Positions 63,819 through 64,000 of a DNA stretch of 64,000 nucleotides are shown here, piece by piece. The notes under the pieces are model-generated. The model worked only from the letters and a program-made list of their open reading frames with translations, searched no databases and had not been told where the DNA came from. Source of the stretch: Mobula hypostoma (lineage: Eukaryota); the NCBI RefSeq assembly GCF_963921235.1, contig NC_086124.1:23994001-24058000 (forward strand), in the 5' to 3' direction. Each line of letters opens with the position of its first letter. Position 1 is the first letter of the stretch. The translations under genes were made by a program, and so were the position numbers.

Positions 63819-64000
63819 CGAGTGAGACGGTCAGCCCTTCCTCAAGGCTGACGTGTGCTGCCCGCAGCTGAATGTGGCCCCGTCCTTTGGCTTGATCCCA
63901 ATGTATTTGTAGACGTTGAAGGTCCAGTCTGGCTCTACCACCAGCTGCGATGATCGGACAGGCCCGGTGAACGGCTGCCCATTGATCAGGAAGCTGAGCT
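63819..64000 (-). pseudogene. beta2-microglobulin-like / W-category WA alpha2-type Ig C1 exon (3' part), 1-nt frameshift
   Basis: Reads LSFLINGQPFTGPVRSSQLVVEPDWTFNVYKYIGIKPKDGATFSC. Adding one base at 63863-63861 continues xAAHVSLEEGLTVSL to a phase-1 donor G|GTATGT; as given it stops at TGA 63833-63831. The exon start lies beyond the window. Confidence 0.8.

Noticed and set aside
63819-64000. Calling this exon beta2-microglobulin (B2M) or class II beta2
   Set aside because: It lacks the terminal KW-D of beta2m and has a longer class-II-alpha-like G strand; it lacks the C-strand Trp and NGDW of class II beta2. It is left as WA-like without a symbol.

Overview
Vertebrate, repeat-dominated DNA with no prokaryotic features. 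The mix of CR1, Rex1/Babar-like, L1-like, hAT, Tc1 and Gypsy remnants, tRNA-derived SINEs and a 52-bp satellite, together with the receptor type, suggests a cartilaginous fish, probably a batoid (inference). Most ORFs in the supplied track are repeat-derived or spurious. The host-gene content is all on the minus strand. (1) An intact two-exon GPR139-like class A GPCR, join(10414-10234, 9362-8392), 383 aa. (2) Two duplicated, differently damaged phase-1/phase-1 Ig-C1 exons (674-405 and 21784-21515) carrying an MHC class I alpha3-type VVPQSNGTFQ motif; they sit in a ~6.6/9.8 kb segmental duplication. (3) At the right edge, a second type of C1 exon (>64000-63819) with beta2-microglobulin-like features (F instead of the C-strand W, LxxxxDWTF) and a 1-nt frameshift. 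Items 2 and 3 together fit W-category MHC (WB beta2 plus WA alpha2) genes or pseudogenes. (4) A three-exon model absent from the ORF track (61652-61529, 60524-60493, 60214-60168, then AATAAA). It splices without correction into a signal-peptide-like segment, a pro-region, a KRR site and a cationic 4-Cys 24-mer, so it is a candidate small secreted peptide gene; its start exon was not found.
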